Source: Callorhinchus milii (lineage: Eukaryota). From it: a stretch of 64,000 nt of DNA. The translations under genes and the position numbers were made by a program. The DNA lies in contig NW_024704750.1 of NCBI RefSeq assembly GCF_018977255.1, forward strand, positions 12,648,001-12,712,000, given 5' to 3'. Below, piece by piece: positions 63,801 through 64,000 of the stretch (the first letter of the stretch is position 1; each line of letters begins with the position of its first letter). Below the pieces are notes generated by a model. It did not search any database. It saw only the letters and a program-made list of their open reading frames with translations, and was not told the origin of the DNA.

Positions 63801-64000
63801 TGGAATGTGAAGTAGCTTTATGCATCAATGCACATCCTCTCCATATGCCTATCTGTGTTGTTTCATGATTTCATCACCTCGAGCCTGCACTACCTTTACA
63901 TTTCTTTTTAAGTTTCCTGGACCTTTATTAGGGTGTGCGTGTTGAGCATAGATGAAACACGCTTCAGAATAAAGTCTCAGAAATATCCAGGAATAAGCTT
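60852..64000 (+). other. NPAS3: Start of the next NPAS3 intron
   Basis: GT donor at 60852. The next exon (...ERSFFIRMKSTLTKRG-type) is not seen in the remaining 3.1 kb. Confidence 0.75.

Noticed and set aside
1-64000. CRISPR array, operon or other prokaryote-type system
   Set aside because: No regularly spaced repeat-spacer array, no long intact ORFs and very low coding density. The sequence is vertebrate intron.

Overview
Eukaryotic, AT-rich, CpG-depleted vertebrate genomic DNA. The repeat content (L2 and CR1 LINE fragments, DeuSINE-type tRNA SINEs, a Penelope-type hairpin) points to a cartilaginous fish, possibly a chimaera such as the elephant shark; the species is my inference. The only host coding sequence is one 175-bp + strand exon of the bHLH-PAS gene NPAS3 (60677-60851, PAS-A region). 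No neighbouring NPAS3 exon is visible, so the rest appears to be NPAS3 intron. It holds a dead 5'-truncated L2, many short L2 3' tails, and at least 12 copies or fragments of a tRNA-Ala-headed SINE that shares the L2 tail. It also holds older DeuSINE, AmnSINE2-like and LF-SINE-like copies, CR1 fragments, several palindromes, candidate conserved enhancers and one 172-N gap. I see no prokaryote-type system such as CRISPR or an operon. The best leads are a Penelope-type inverted repeat with a minimal hammerhead-like motif, an apparent stepwise switch of the SINE 3' stem-loop to match the local L2, and an unclassified repeat present twice. Repeat family names come from recalled consensus motifs, not from a database search.
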